37,801 nucleotides of DNA from Verrucomicrobiota bacterium (lineage in GTDB: Bacteria > Verrucomicrobiota > Verrucomicrobiia > Limisphaerales > UBA9464), in NCBI GenBank assembly GCA_031384285.1, contig JANNAJ010000239.1:1-37801 (forward strand), in the 5' to 3' direction. This document shows positions 17,637-26,003 of the stretch, piece by piece (position 1 is the stretch's first letter; every line of letters starts with the position of its first letter). The translations under genes and the position numbers were made by a program. The notes beneath the pieces were generated by a model. It saw only the letters and a list, made by a program, of their open reading frames with translations. It had not been told where the DNA came from and did no database searches.

Positions 17637-18848
17637 ATGAAACCAGTCCTGTCCCGCCTTCCCGCGCTCCTGCTATCGGCATTCCTACAGTTGGCACCGC
17701 TGCTGAGGGTCGCCACGGCCGAAGCTTCCGCGGTCGTTTCACCCATCGTGGCGGTGTTGAGGTGCATCGTCGGTGCCTCGGCGGTCGCCGGCAGCTTCCA
17801 CGCGGTGTCCGGGGCGACCGGCCTGAAGATCACGCCGTCGGCCAACGGGAGCGTCGGTGTGGCGTTCGGTGCCCGCGTGACCATCAGCAGCTCCCAATGG
17901 GGTCTGATGAGGTCTTTCCAGGCGGACGGCCTGCCGCCCGGCATCGTGATGAGCACGCAAGGCGTCTTCACCGGCAGACCGACGCAGGGCGGGACGTTCA
18001 CCGCCCTCCTGACCGGTTGGCAGAACAGCAACAAGACGGGTTTCGATTTCCAGGCTGAAGCCACGTTCGCCATCCTGGATCCGGATGCGACCCCGCCGGC
18101 CATCACCTTGCCGCCGGTCTCGCTGAAGGTCGTCGAGGGGCAGCCCGCGGCGTTCGATGTCGCTGCCACCGGCAATCCGGGTCCGACCTACCAGTGGACC
18201 TTCGCAGGCGCGCCGATCGAGGGTGCGACCGGTCCCAAGTTCCAGATCCTGAAGACCGGCCTCGCCGATGCCGGGGCCTACGCGGTCGTCGTCCAGAACC
18301 GGGCCGGTTCGATCACCTCGGAGCCAGTCTTCCTCGCGGTGGATCCAGCCCCGCGACCCCCGACCCTCACGGTGCAACCGGCCGGTGCAACCGTGGACGA
18401 GGGCGGGGATGTCTCGTTCACCGTCGTCGCCGAGGGGACGGAACCGTTGGCCTACCAGTGGACCTTGGACGACAAGCCCATAGTCGGCGTGGACGGGGCC
18501 ACGCTCGCGGTCACCTCTGTCCGGCCGGCGCAGGCCGGCAGCTACCGGGTCCGGGTGTCCAATCCCGCGGGCGAGGTCCTGAGCGAGGTCATCGTCCTCA
18601 AGGTCGTCCCAGCCGTGGCGTCCGGACCGGTGGAACTGGGGGTGCCGACCGTCGTCGGCCAAGACCTGCGGTTGCGTTTCGCGATCCTGCCCGGGGTGCG
18701 TTATGCCGTCGAATCGAGGGATGCGGTCGGTCCCTCGGACTGGAACGTGCTGGTCGAGCTGGCCGCCGCGGCCGAGGCAGGATTTGCCGAGGTCACGGAC
18801 ACGGTGACCGGCACCGGACGATTCTACCGTGTCCGACCGTCGATGTGA
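17637..18848 (+). CDS. Secreted Ig-domain protein (He_PIG-like domain, two I-set Ig domains, C-terminal FYRVR beta-sandwich module)
   Basis: 403 aa with a signal peptide. GLPPGIVMSTQGVFTGRPTQGGTFTALL (He_PIG-like), then two repeats with YQWT...G..I.G......L.......AG.Y.V.V.N..G. Ends ...GRFYRVRPSM. Confidence 0.8.
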   Translation: MKPVLSRLPALLLSAFLQLAPLLRVATAEASAVVSPIVAVLRCIVGASAVAGSFHAVSGATGLKITPSANGSVGVAFGARVTISSSQWGLMRSFQADGLPPGIVMSTQGVFTGRPTQGGTFTALLTGWQNSNKTGFDFQAEATFAILDPDATPPAITLPPVSLKVVEGQPAAFDVAATGNPGPTYQWTFAGAPIEGATGPKFQILKTGLADAGAYAVVVQNRAGSITSEPVFLAVDPAPRPPTLTVQPAGATVDEGGDVSFTVVAEGTEPLAYQWTLDDKPIVGVDGATLAVTSVRPAQAGSYRVRVSNPAGEVLSEVIVLKVVPAVASGPVELGVPTVVGQDLRLRFAILPGVRYAVESRDAVGPSDWNVLVELAAAAEAGFAEVTDTVTGTGRFYRVRPSM

Positions 18849-18901
18849 TCCGGCCACGGTCGGTCGAGACGGACGAAAGGCCGACAACCTAGGAGGCCGA
18901 A

Positions 18902-20215
18902 GTGAACGACAAAGTGTCGCGTTTTCAGCGGTGGTGGTTTCGGCTCTGATCCAGCTGGCTCCATTCTTGAGGATGGCCTCGGCCGAGTCCCCGGCGGTCG
19001 CTTCGCCAATCGGGGCGTTCCTCAGGTGGGCGATCGGGGCGACGGCTGTGGCCGGCAGCTTCCATACGGTGTCCGGAGCGACCGGCATCATCATCACGCC
19101 GGGAACCAAAGGGACGAACGGAGTGGCGTCCGGGGCGCGTGCTTCGATCGTCGGCGGGCAACACGGTGCCGCGCAGTCGTACAGCGTGACGGCATCCTCA
19201 TTGGCGCCAGGATTGGTGATGAGCAAACAGGGGGTTTCCAGCGGCATACCGACCAAGAACGGGACATCCTCGACCCGCATCACCGGCTGGCGAACCGCGA
19301 ACACGTCGGGCGACCACTTCACGACGACGGCCACGTTCACGATAGCGGCACCCGTTTCCGTGGCGCCCACAACCTTGGTGCAACCCGTATCTCCGACAAC
19401 GACCGGAGATGATCGAGCAATCTTCACCGTGGCCGCCTCCGGGACGTCGGCGCCGACATTCCAATGGACCTTCGCTGGCAAGGATATCCCGGGAGCGCTT
19501 GCGACCCAGTTCCAGATCGTGAAGACCGCCCTGGGCGACAATGGAGACTATGCCGTGGTCGTGAGCAATGCTGGCGGAACCGTGCCCAGCTCGATAGCCA
19601 CCTTGACGGTCGAACCGGCCGTCAAGCCTCCGGTGAACACCTCCGGTGATCACGGCCCGACCGGCGAGCTCACGGGTCACCGCGACGAGCAACGCCGTCT
19701 TCTCCGTAGTCGCGACGGGAACCGCTACGCCTACTCACCGAAGGACGCGCGGTTCGGCCATCTTGCCAACTGCAACCACGGACAGTTTGAACCTTTTCGG
19801 CGTCACCGCCGAAAAGGCCGGTACCTACCCAGTGACGATCTCCAATATGGCCGGCGCGGTGACAAGCGATCTGGCGACCCTGGTGGTGGACCCCTTGCCG
19901 GTTCCGGTCCCGGTGGTGGTCGGCGCGCCCAAAGGGGTGGGGCCGTCATTCTGCATCGGTTTCACGACCGTTGCCGGATTCCTCTGCGCGGTCGAGCGAA
20001 GCGACTCTCTGGAAAAAGCCCGATGGACGACCGCGACGAAACTGTTCCCGTTGAGCGTGGCTACGGACCGGGTCGTGACCGACGGGCTGAACGCGAATCA
20101 GGGCCTGTGCCGGGTGCGCACGATTCCTCGATCGCATTCTGCCCCTATGGAACCCGGGCACCAATCGCGACATTTCCAAAAACACGGCCTTGACCGCTCC
20201 AAGCCACGGACGTAG
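18902..20215 (+). pseudogene. Tandem paralog of the preceding Ig-domain gene, disrupted by two frameshifts
   Basis: AGGAGG then GTG at 18902 gives MNDKVSRF. After a -1 shift in the T4 run (18922-18925) it continues SAVVVSALIQLAPFLRMASAES..., aligning without gaps to the N-terminus of 17637-18848. A +1 shift at 19627-19652 (13-bp tandem duplication) moves the second Ig domain into the 19646-20215 frame. The conserved YQW reads HRR in Ig domain 2. Confidence 0.6.
19627..19652 (+). repeat. 13-bp near-perfect tandem duplication that causes the second frameshift in the Ig pseudogene
   Basis: CCTCCGGTGAACA (19627-19639) and CCTCCGGTGATCA (19640-19652). Removing one copy restores ...EPAVKPPVITARPASSRVTATSNAVFSV..., which aligns to ...DPAPRPPTLTVQPAGATVDEGGDVSFTV... 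in the intact paralog. Confidence 0.85.
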
Positions 20216-20301
20216 GTACCACCGGCAGCGGTGCCGGCGAAACGGTGCTGATTTGTGCTGGGCGGTCGTCCATGCGGCCCTGCGGTAAAGGCATTTGTGT
20301 G

Positions 20302-20330
20302 TTGACAGCAGCGGCATCGATTTCTACAAC
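20302..20330 (+). promoter_or_regulatory. Candidate sigma70-type promoter for the export block
   Basis: TTGACA (20302-20307), 17 nt, TACAAC (20325-20330), about 58 nt upstream of the ATG at 20388, in a lower-GC intergenic region. Confidence 0.35.
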
Positions 20331-20387
20331 TGGCGAGCAATCTAGCTCCAAAAATTCCGGCTCAAGAGTGCTAAACGTTTCCTTCGT

Positions 20388-21626
20388 ATGAACAAGCTTA
20401 TCAGTGCCGCTGGCATGTTGTCCCTTGGGGCTGCAAGCCTCGTCGTCCAAACGTCCGCTGTTGCTTCCGAGGGCGGCACCAAACCGTGGAGCATCTCCGC
20501 TGGATTGCGAGGTTTCTACGACGACAACATCTACACGGCGCCCAAAGCTTCGGTGCGGAAGATCGAGAGCTTCGGTTTCGAGATCAGCCCGTCCGTGGAG
20601 TATGTCGCGTCGTTCGAGCAGACCACCATTTCCGCGGGTTATGGCTACACCGGCCGTTACTTTGAAAAGGACAGCCACTGGGACCAATCCCATCGATTCA
20701 CTGGTGACCTGAAGCACGATTTCTCGCGGCGCCTCACTCTGGAAGTCGGCGAACGCTTCACGGTTGCGCAAGAGCCCTCGGAGCTCCTCAGCGGCCTGCC
20801 GCTCCGCACCAAGGGCGACAACGTGAGCAACGACGCTCACATCGGTCTCACCATCGAGCTCGCTCCCCGCCTGAGCGCGGTTGTGGGCTATCGCAACGGC
20901 CTGTACGATTACAGCGACGCCAATTACAAGGGCGTCCTGAACCGCACCGAGCATCTCCCGTCGCTCAACCTTCGGTACCAGATCCTGCCGTCGACCGTCG
21001 GTGTGCTGGGTTACCAGTACGGGATCACCGAGTACGATAGCAACCTGCTCATCCCGGGCACGGGCATCGCGTCCTCGGCGCGCGACAACACTTCCCACTA
21101 CGTGTTCGGAGGGGTCGACCACAGCTTCTCAAGCCAGCTCTCCGGTTCCGTCCGGGTGGGTGCGCAGATCACGGATTACGTCAACGCCCCTGCTGGTGCC
21201 GCGGTGCAGACGAAGACGTCGCCTTACGCCGATGCGAGCGTGAAGTACGCCTATGCCCCCGGTGGTGCCTTCCAGGTGGGCGTGCGCCATCAGTTGAACC
21301 CGACCGATATCGCGGTCGATTCCACCGGCGGCATCGTCCAAGACCAAGAAAGCACGGCGGTCTATGCCTCGGTCTCGCACGACATCACGGCCAAGCTGAA
21401 GGGCCGGATCACGGCGCAATACCAGAATTCCGAGTTCCACACCGGCGGCCTTCTCGATGGGCAGACCGAGGATTTCGTTAGCGTCGGCGCGACGTTGAGC
21501 TACGCGTTCACCCGCAATCTCTCCGCTGAAGCGGCGTATTATTTCGACAATCTCGATTCCAAGTCGATCCTGTCGCGCGAATTCGCCCGGAACCGTGTGT
21601 TCTTGGGGATCCGGGCGAGCTATTGA
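20388..21626 (+). CDS. Outer-membrane beta-barrel protein associated with polysaccharide export (EpsL-like by context)
   Basis: 412 aa with a signal peptide (MNKLISAAGMLSLGAASLVVQTSAVAS). Repeated amphipathic beta-strands rich in Y/G/S/T. C-terminal ...RNRVFLGIRASY (aromatic terminus). Confidence 0.7.
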   Translation: MNKLISAAGMLSLGAASLVVQTSAVASEGGTKPWSISAGLRGFYDDNIYTAPKASVRKIESFGFEISPSVEYVASFEQTTISAGYGYTGRYFEKDSHWDQSHRFTGDLKHDFSRRLTLEVGERFTVAQEPSELLSGLPLRTKGDNVSNDAHIGLTIELAPRLSAVVGYRNGLYDYSDANYKGVLNRTEHLPSLNLRYQILPSTVGVLGYQYGITEYDSNLLIPGTGIASSARDNTSHYVFGGVDHSFSSQLSGSVRVGAQITDYVNAPAGAAVQTKTSPYADASVKYAYAPGGAFQVGVRHQLNPTDIAVDSTGGIVQDQESTAVYASVSHDITAKLKGRITAQYQNSEFHTGGLLDGQTEDFVSVGATLSYAFTRNLSAEAAYYFDNLDSKSILSREFARNRVFLGIRASY

Positions 21627-21647
21627 TCCGCAGAGAAGCTTTGTGAC

Positions 21648-21682
21648 GGAGGCTGGAACGCAATTCTAGCCTCCTTTTTTTT
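21648..21682 (+). terminator. Strong intrinsic terminator hairpin with a T8 tract, ending 2 nt before the next start codon
   Basis: GGAGGCTGGAA (21648-21658) pairs with TTCTAGCCTCC (21664-21674): 11 bp including one G-U pair, loop cgcaa. TTTTTTTT follows at 21675-21682, and the ATG of the next gene is at 21685. Confidence 0.7.
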
Positions 21683-21684
21683 GC

Positions 21685-23856
21685 ATGGACCCCGTCAAAA
21701 ACCAGCAGACTCCTGAAGCAAGGCTCCACTTTTTGGATTACTGGAGGATCATACGCCTCCGTAAGATCATCATCCTTGCGGTGTTCCTGCTGGTGGTGAT
21801 CACCACCACGGCGGTCACGTTCGTGTTACCGGTCTCTTTCTCGAGCACCTCACGTCTTCGCGTCGAGAAAGACACGCCGGACATCACGCCGTTCGGCGGC
21901 GGGGCGGCCACTTCGGTGTTCGACAACTATTTCCTCGCGACCGAGTTCGAGATCCTGAAATCGCATCGGATACTCGATCAGGTCATCGAGCAGCTCGACC
22001 TCAACAAGAAGTACGCCGAACGCTATAAATCCACACGTGAGTTCACGACCCAAGAGTCGTTCGAATTCCTCAACCGCGAGGTCGAGGTCAAGCAGTTCCG
22101 CAACACCAGCATCATCGAGGTGACCGCGATCTGCGGTGACAAGCAACTGGCCGCCGACATCGCAAATGCCGTGGCGCGGGTGTACGAGGAATACCGGAAC
22201 ACGTTGCGCAGCGGGAAGAGCATCCAAGGCCTCGGGGCCTTCACCAACGAGTTGGCGCAACTCGATGCACAGGTCAAGGCCGCGAACGTGGAGGTCGACA
22301 AGTTGAAGCTGGACCTGAAGATCCCTGATATCGTTGCGGATGGCTCTCAGTTCCAATCTCTCTCAACGGATGAGCTCAGGCGGCTTGGGATGTATCTCAC
22401 CGATGCCGAATCCCGGCTGAGCCAGAGCGAGAACTTGTGGAGCAGCCTGAAGTCGAAGAGCGGTGAGGCTCTGCGGCATGCATTGAATGTCAACCGCCCG
22501 ACGCCGCTGTTGCAGAACCTCCTCCAGGACCTCAGCACGACGGAGGTCCGCAGGACATCACTGAACCCGGATCTCGGCCCAGAACATCCGGATGTCAAAC
22601 GGGTGAACGATGTCTTGGCCAAGCTCAACAGCCAGATCGACCAAGCCGTCGAGGGAATCATGTCCGCTTTGGCTCTCCAGGTCCAGACGGACCGTGACAC
22701 CGTCCGCAAGACCCAGGAGAAAATGGACGCTGCGAAGAAGGAGGACGCGACCAAGATGGTCGAATACCAGCCCTATCGCACCAAAAAGAAGGAGTTGGAT
22801 ACCTTGGAACGGATGCGGGCCGCTCTCCAAGGACAGATCATCCAAGAGAAAGTGAACGCCAAGATCGGGAAGACCTCGAGCGTCGAGCTCATCGACAAGG
22901 CCCAGCCTGGTCTTCGGCCTGTCAAACCGAGCAAAGGTCTGAACATCACCTTGGGAGCGATCGCAGGTATCCTGCTCGGCGTGGGCTTGGCGTTCTTCAT
23001 CGAATACCTCGACACCAGCGTCAAGACAATCGATGACGTTGAACATGCGCTCCAAGCGCCTGTGCTCGGCGTCATCCCGCAGAATGTCGGTGCATTGATC
23101 AACGAAGGCCCCGAGAGCCCGCATGCGGAGGCTTATCGTGTCTTGCGGACCAACATCCTGTTCTCGCGGAAAGATCCAAATCTACGGACCATGACCGTGG
23201 TCAGCGGTGGTGCCGGTGAGGGCAAATCGACCACGATCTTCAACCTCGCGACCATCTTTGCGCAGCAAGGGAGCCGGGTGTTGATCGTCGACTCCGACCT
23301 TCGTCGTCCTAGCCTCCATAAAATCCTAGGGGTGCCCAACAACATGGGTCTGACCAACTACCTCCTGAAGCAGAACAAGCTCGAGGAGGTGATCCAGACG
23401 ACCACGCAGCCGGGCATGGATTTCATGGCCAGCGGCAAGCTCCCGAGCAGTTCGATGGGCATCCTGAACTCGTCAGCGATGAGGGCGTTCATCGACGAGG
23501 CGAAGAGCCGGTACGACTTCGTGTTCTTCGATTCTCCGCCCATCATGGGGGTCAGCGACGCCTCGATCCTCGCGAGCGAGGTGGACATGGCGGTCCTGGT
23601 CGTCCAGTACCGCAAATATCCGCAGCAGATGACGCTCCGCGCCAAGCAGATGGTGGAGAAGGTCGGCGGCAAGCTGTTGGGTGTCGTGCTCAACAACATC
23701 AACATCTCGCAGGACAGCTACTACTACTACTACAGCGGCTATTACTACGATTACTACTCGAAGAGCGACGACAGCCGTCCTGCCGGCGAGAAGAAGCCCG
23801 GGGAGGGAAAATCGTCTTCCGGGAAGGCCGGTCTGGATCTGAAGCAAAAGTTCTGA
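21685..23856 (+). CDS. Polysaccharide co-polymerase / tyrosine autokinase (Wzc / GumC-EpsG type BY-kinase)
   Basis: 723 aa. N-terminal Wzz-type domain (LHFLDYWRIIRLRKIIILAVFLLVV...), long coiled coil, second TM (ITLGAIAGILLGVGLAFFIEYL). Walker A SGGAGEGKST, A' VLIVDSDLRRP, B DFVFFDSPP. C-terminal Tyr cluster SYYYYYSGYYYDYYS. Confidence 0.9.
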   Translation: MDPVKNQQTPEARLHFLDYWRIIRLRKIIILAVFLLVVITTTAVTFVLPVSFSSTSRLRVEKDTPDITPFGGGAATSVFDNYFLATEFEILKSHRILDQVIEQLDLNKKYAERYKSTREFTTQESFEFLNREVEVKQFRNTSIIEVTAICGDKQLAADIANAVARVYEEYRNTLRSGKSIQGLGAFTNELAQLDAQVKAANVEVDKLKLDLKIPDIVADGSQFQSLSTDELRRLGMYLTDAESRLSQSENLWSSLKSKSGEALRHALNVNRPTPLLQNLLQDLSTTEVRRTSLNPDLGPEHPDVKRVNDVLAKLNSQIDQAVEGIMSALALQVQTDRDTVRKTQEKMDAAKKEDATKMVEYQPYRTKKKELDTLERMRAALQGQIIQEKVNAKIGKTSSVELIDKAQPGLRPVKPSKGLNITLGAIAGILLGVGLAFFIEYLDTSVKTIDDVEHALQAPVLGVIPQNVGALINEGPESPHAEAYRVLRTNILFSRKDPNLRTMTVVSGGAGEGKSTTIFNLATIFAQQGSRVLIVDSDLRRPSLHKILGVPNNMGLTNYLLKQNKLEEVIQTTTQPGMDFMASGKLPSSSMGILNSSAMRAFIDEAKSRYDFVFFDSPPIMGVSDASILASEVDMAVLVVQYRKYPQQMTLRAKQMVEKVGGKLLGVVLNNINISQDSYYYYYSGYYYDYYSKSDDSRPAGEKKPGEGKSSSGKAGLDLKQKF
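23719..23733 (+). repeat. (TAC)5 trinucleotide repeat encoding part of the autokinase Tyr cluster
   Basis: tactactactactac at 23719-23733. The cluster continues to 23757 (ggc tat tac tac gat tac tac). Confidence 0.9.
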
Positions 23857-23878
23857 GCGTCATCGCTACCGTATCCCA

Positions 23879-24523
23879 ATGTCACCGTCCATGAAGTGGT
23901 CCCTATCGAAAGCATCCCAGACCGGTCTGCTGGTGCTTGGCTTGATGCTGGCCGTTTTCGTCACCGGCTGCGAAACGACCGGAGGTGCTGCTGCCTCGGC
24001 TCCGGTCCCGTCGACGGCTTCCGACCCGAATGCGCTCGGCCCCGATCTGCTGCGTGCCGGCGACAGGATCCGGATCGTCATCAGCGATATCCCGGATGCG
24101 ACTCTGCCTACCGAGCAGCAGGTCCCCGAAGATGGGAAGCTGACTTTGCCGAAGGGAGTCGAGATCAACTTGCTCGGGAAAAAGCGGACCGATATCGAGA
24201 AGGAGATCCAGGATATCTATGTCAACCAACGCCGCATCTACCGCCGGATGTCGGTCATCATCGAACGGTTGAGCTTGTCGATCTCCATCGGTGGCGAGGT
24301 CCGCTCTGCCGGGCCGATCGCGTATCTTGGGGACATGACGGTCACCAAAGCCATCAACGCCGCCGGTGGCTTCACGGAGTATGCGGACCGGACCTCGGTC
24401 ATCGTCACCCGGGCGAACCGGCAACAGTTGATCATCAACGTGAAGAAAGCCTTGAGCGATCCCAAGCTCGATTTGCCGATGTACCCCGGCGACTCGATCT
24501 ATGTGAAGCGCAGCATCCTGTGA
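23879..24523 (+). CDS. Polysaccharide export lipoprotein (Wza-like: Poly_export plus SLBB domain)
   Basis: 214 aa. Lipobox LAVFVTGC. LRAGDRIRIVI...VPEDGKLTLPKGVEINLLGKKRTDIEKEIQ...ISIGGEVRSAGPIAYLGDMTVTKAINAAGGFTEYAD...PMYPGDSIYV. Confidence 0.85.
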   Translation: MSPSMKWSLSKASQTGLLVLGLMLAVFVTGCETTGGAAASAPVPSTASDPNALGPDLLRAGDRIRIVISDIPDATLPTEQQVPEDGKLTLPKGVEINLLGKKRTDIEKEIQDIYVNQRRIYRRMSVIIERLSLSISIGGEVRSAGPIAYLGDMTVTKAINAAGGFTEYADRTSVIVTRANRQQLIINVKKALSDPKLDLPMYPGDSIYVKRSIL

Positions 24524-24909
24524 CGGCCGAGCTGACCGTCGTGTCGGGGGAGAAATCCGGCACGCTGGTACGGATGTCTCGGTTCCCTTTCACTGTCGGT
24601 CGGTCGGACGCAGACCTTTGTTTGGCCGACCCGGGTGTCTGGGACGCCCATTTCAGGGTTGAGCTCTCTCCCGGACAGCGGTTCTTCCTTCGAGCCGGCG
24701 AGGGGCGGATCGTGACCATCGATGGAGTGAATGCCCCGGCAAAAGACATCCGGGATGGAGCAACGATCGGCTGTGGGTCGGTCTATCTGAGGTTCCAGCT
24801 TGCTCCGACGGAACCAGGTGATCTTCGTATCCAAAGACTGGCCGTGTGGGCGGTTCTCGGACTGGTCGTGCTTCTCGAACTGGCGATCTCGATCGTGGGG
24901 ATCCGTTAG
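24520..24909 (+). CDS. Small FHA-domain protein with a C-terminal transmembrane helix
   Basis: 129 aa. The GTG start overlaps the Wza-like stop (GTGA at 24520-24523). LTVVSGEKSGTLVRMSRFPFTVGRSDADLCLADPGVWDAHFRVE...IDGVNA...DGATIGCGSVYLRF is an FHA-like fold signature. TM helix LAVWAVLGLVVLLELAISIVGI. Confidence 0.6.
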   Translation: MTAELTVVSGEKSGTLVRMSRFPFTVGRSDADLCLADPGVWDAHFRVELSPGQRFFLRAGEGRIVTIDGVNAPAKDIRDGATIGCGSVYLRFQLAPTEPGDLRIQRLAVWAVLGLVVLLELAISIVGIR

Positions 24910-26003
24910 GCGGTCGGTAGTTCCCGGACAAGGTCGACAAGCCTCTGGCTGAGCAGATCGTAGTTGCATTCCCGGAAGGCGAGCGGCGGCATCGTCCGGC
25001 GTACTTCGAGGAGTTCGGGCTGCGATTGGAGCAGGCGCACACGCTTGGCGAGACGGTCCGGGTACCTGTCGTCCACCTCACCGTCGTAGTCCAGCAGCAT
25101 CAGATCCGGCAGCAGCAGAGCCGCTTCCCCGACACGGCTGGCTAGGATGAACCGCTCCGCGGCCATATACTCCGGGAGTTTTCCGGTCGTCCGGACCTGA
25201 CCGGGGAGGTTGTTGGTCTGCGTGGACAGGGCGACATCCATCAACCGGAGGTAGGTCGGAACTTCAGCGTACGGGATCCGGCCGCAGAACACGACACGGT
25301 CGGCGACCCCTGCGGCCTTGGCCTGAGCCTCCAACCAAGCTTTTCCGTCACCGTCCCCGATGATGAGTCCGGTGACAGGCAACTCTTTGAGGTCCACCAA
25401 AGCCCGGACGAGGTCCCAACCGTAGCAGATGCCGAGGCTCGGGCTGAAGACGAGAGAGCCCATCACCCCGACGACGAACCGGCCGTCGAGACCTAAGCGC
25501 CGCCTCAACTTCTCGACCGATCCGGGTGTCGCGGACGCCTGCTCGGCGTAGCCATCCCGGATCACGGTCACGCGGGGCAGACCGGAAGCGACGAGGTGTT
25601 CGCGATGCCGTGTTCCCCGGACCACGACCACGGAGGCATCACGATGGGAGACCTTCTCCAGAAGCCACAGCAGCGGAAGCCGCCAACCGCCTTGGATCCC
25701 GGACCGTCGCGCCATCTCGTGGATCGCATCGCCGGTGTCGAGCAGGTACGGGATCCCGTGCCGCCTCCGCCACCAGACCGCAAGCGCAGCGCCGGGCATC
25801 GCGGTGTTGAGAACGTAGAGCAGATCCGGCCGATCACGCTTGAGCTCGGCATCCCAGCGGAACCAAGTCGAAAGACGCGACCCGTCCCGGAACAGAAACC
25901 TTGTCTTGTCCGGCGGCAACCGCCGGGCCAATCCCCGGGCCCGGACGGCCTCGATGCTGTCCGGGCCGCTGTTGACAAGAAAAGTGATCTTGGGCGAGTT
26001 CAC
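24906..26003 (-). CDS. Glycosyltransferase (GT-B fold, GT4-like)
   Basis: 365 aa from the GTG at 26003, which overlaps the stop of the upstream GT4 gene (GTGA). The C-terminal half has the GT-B donor-binding pattern (GDGDGK..., GKLPEYMAAERFILASRVGEA). Its 3' end overlaps the convergent FHA gene by 4 nt. Confidence 0.65.
   Translation of the reverse strand: MNSPKITFLVNSGPDSIEAVRARGLARRLPPDKTRFLFRDGSRLSTWFRWDAELKRDRPDLLYVLNTAMPGAALAVWWRRRHGIPYLLDTGDAIHEMARRSGIQGGWRLPLLWLLEKVSHRDASVVVVRGTRHREHLVASGLPRVTVIRDGYAEQASATPGSVEKLRRRLGLDGRFVVGVMGSLVFSPSLGICYGWDLVRALVDLKELPVTGLIIGDGDGKAWLEAQAKAAGVADRVVFCGRIPYAEVPTYLRLMDVALSTQTNNLPGQVRTTGKLPEYMAAERFILASRVGEAALLLPDLMLLDYDGEVDDRYPDRLAKRVRLLQSQPELLEVRRTMPPLAFRECNYDLLSQRLVDLVRELPTA

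Noticed and set aside
18915-19660. Programmed ribosomal frameshifting as the explanation for the split Ig paralog.
   Set aside because: Neither site has a canonical X_XXY_YYZ slippery heptamer. The second shift is fully explained by a 13-bp tandem duplication. The copy also carries degenerative substitutions (loss of the invariant Trp).
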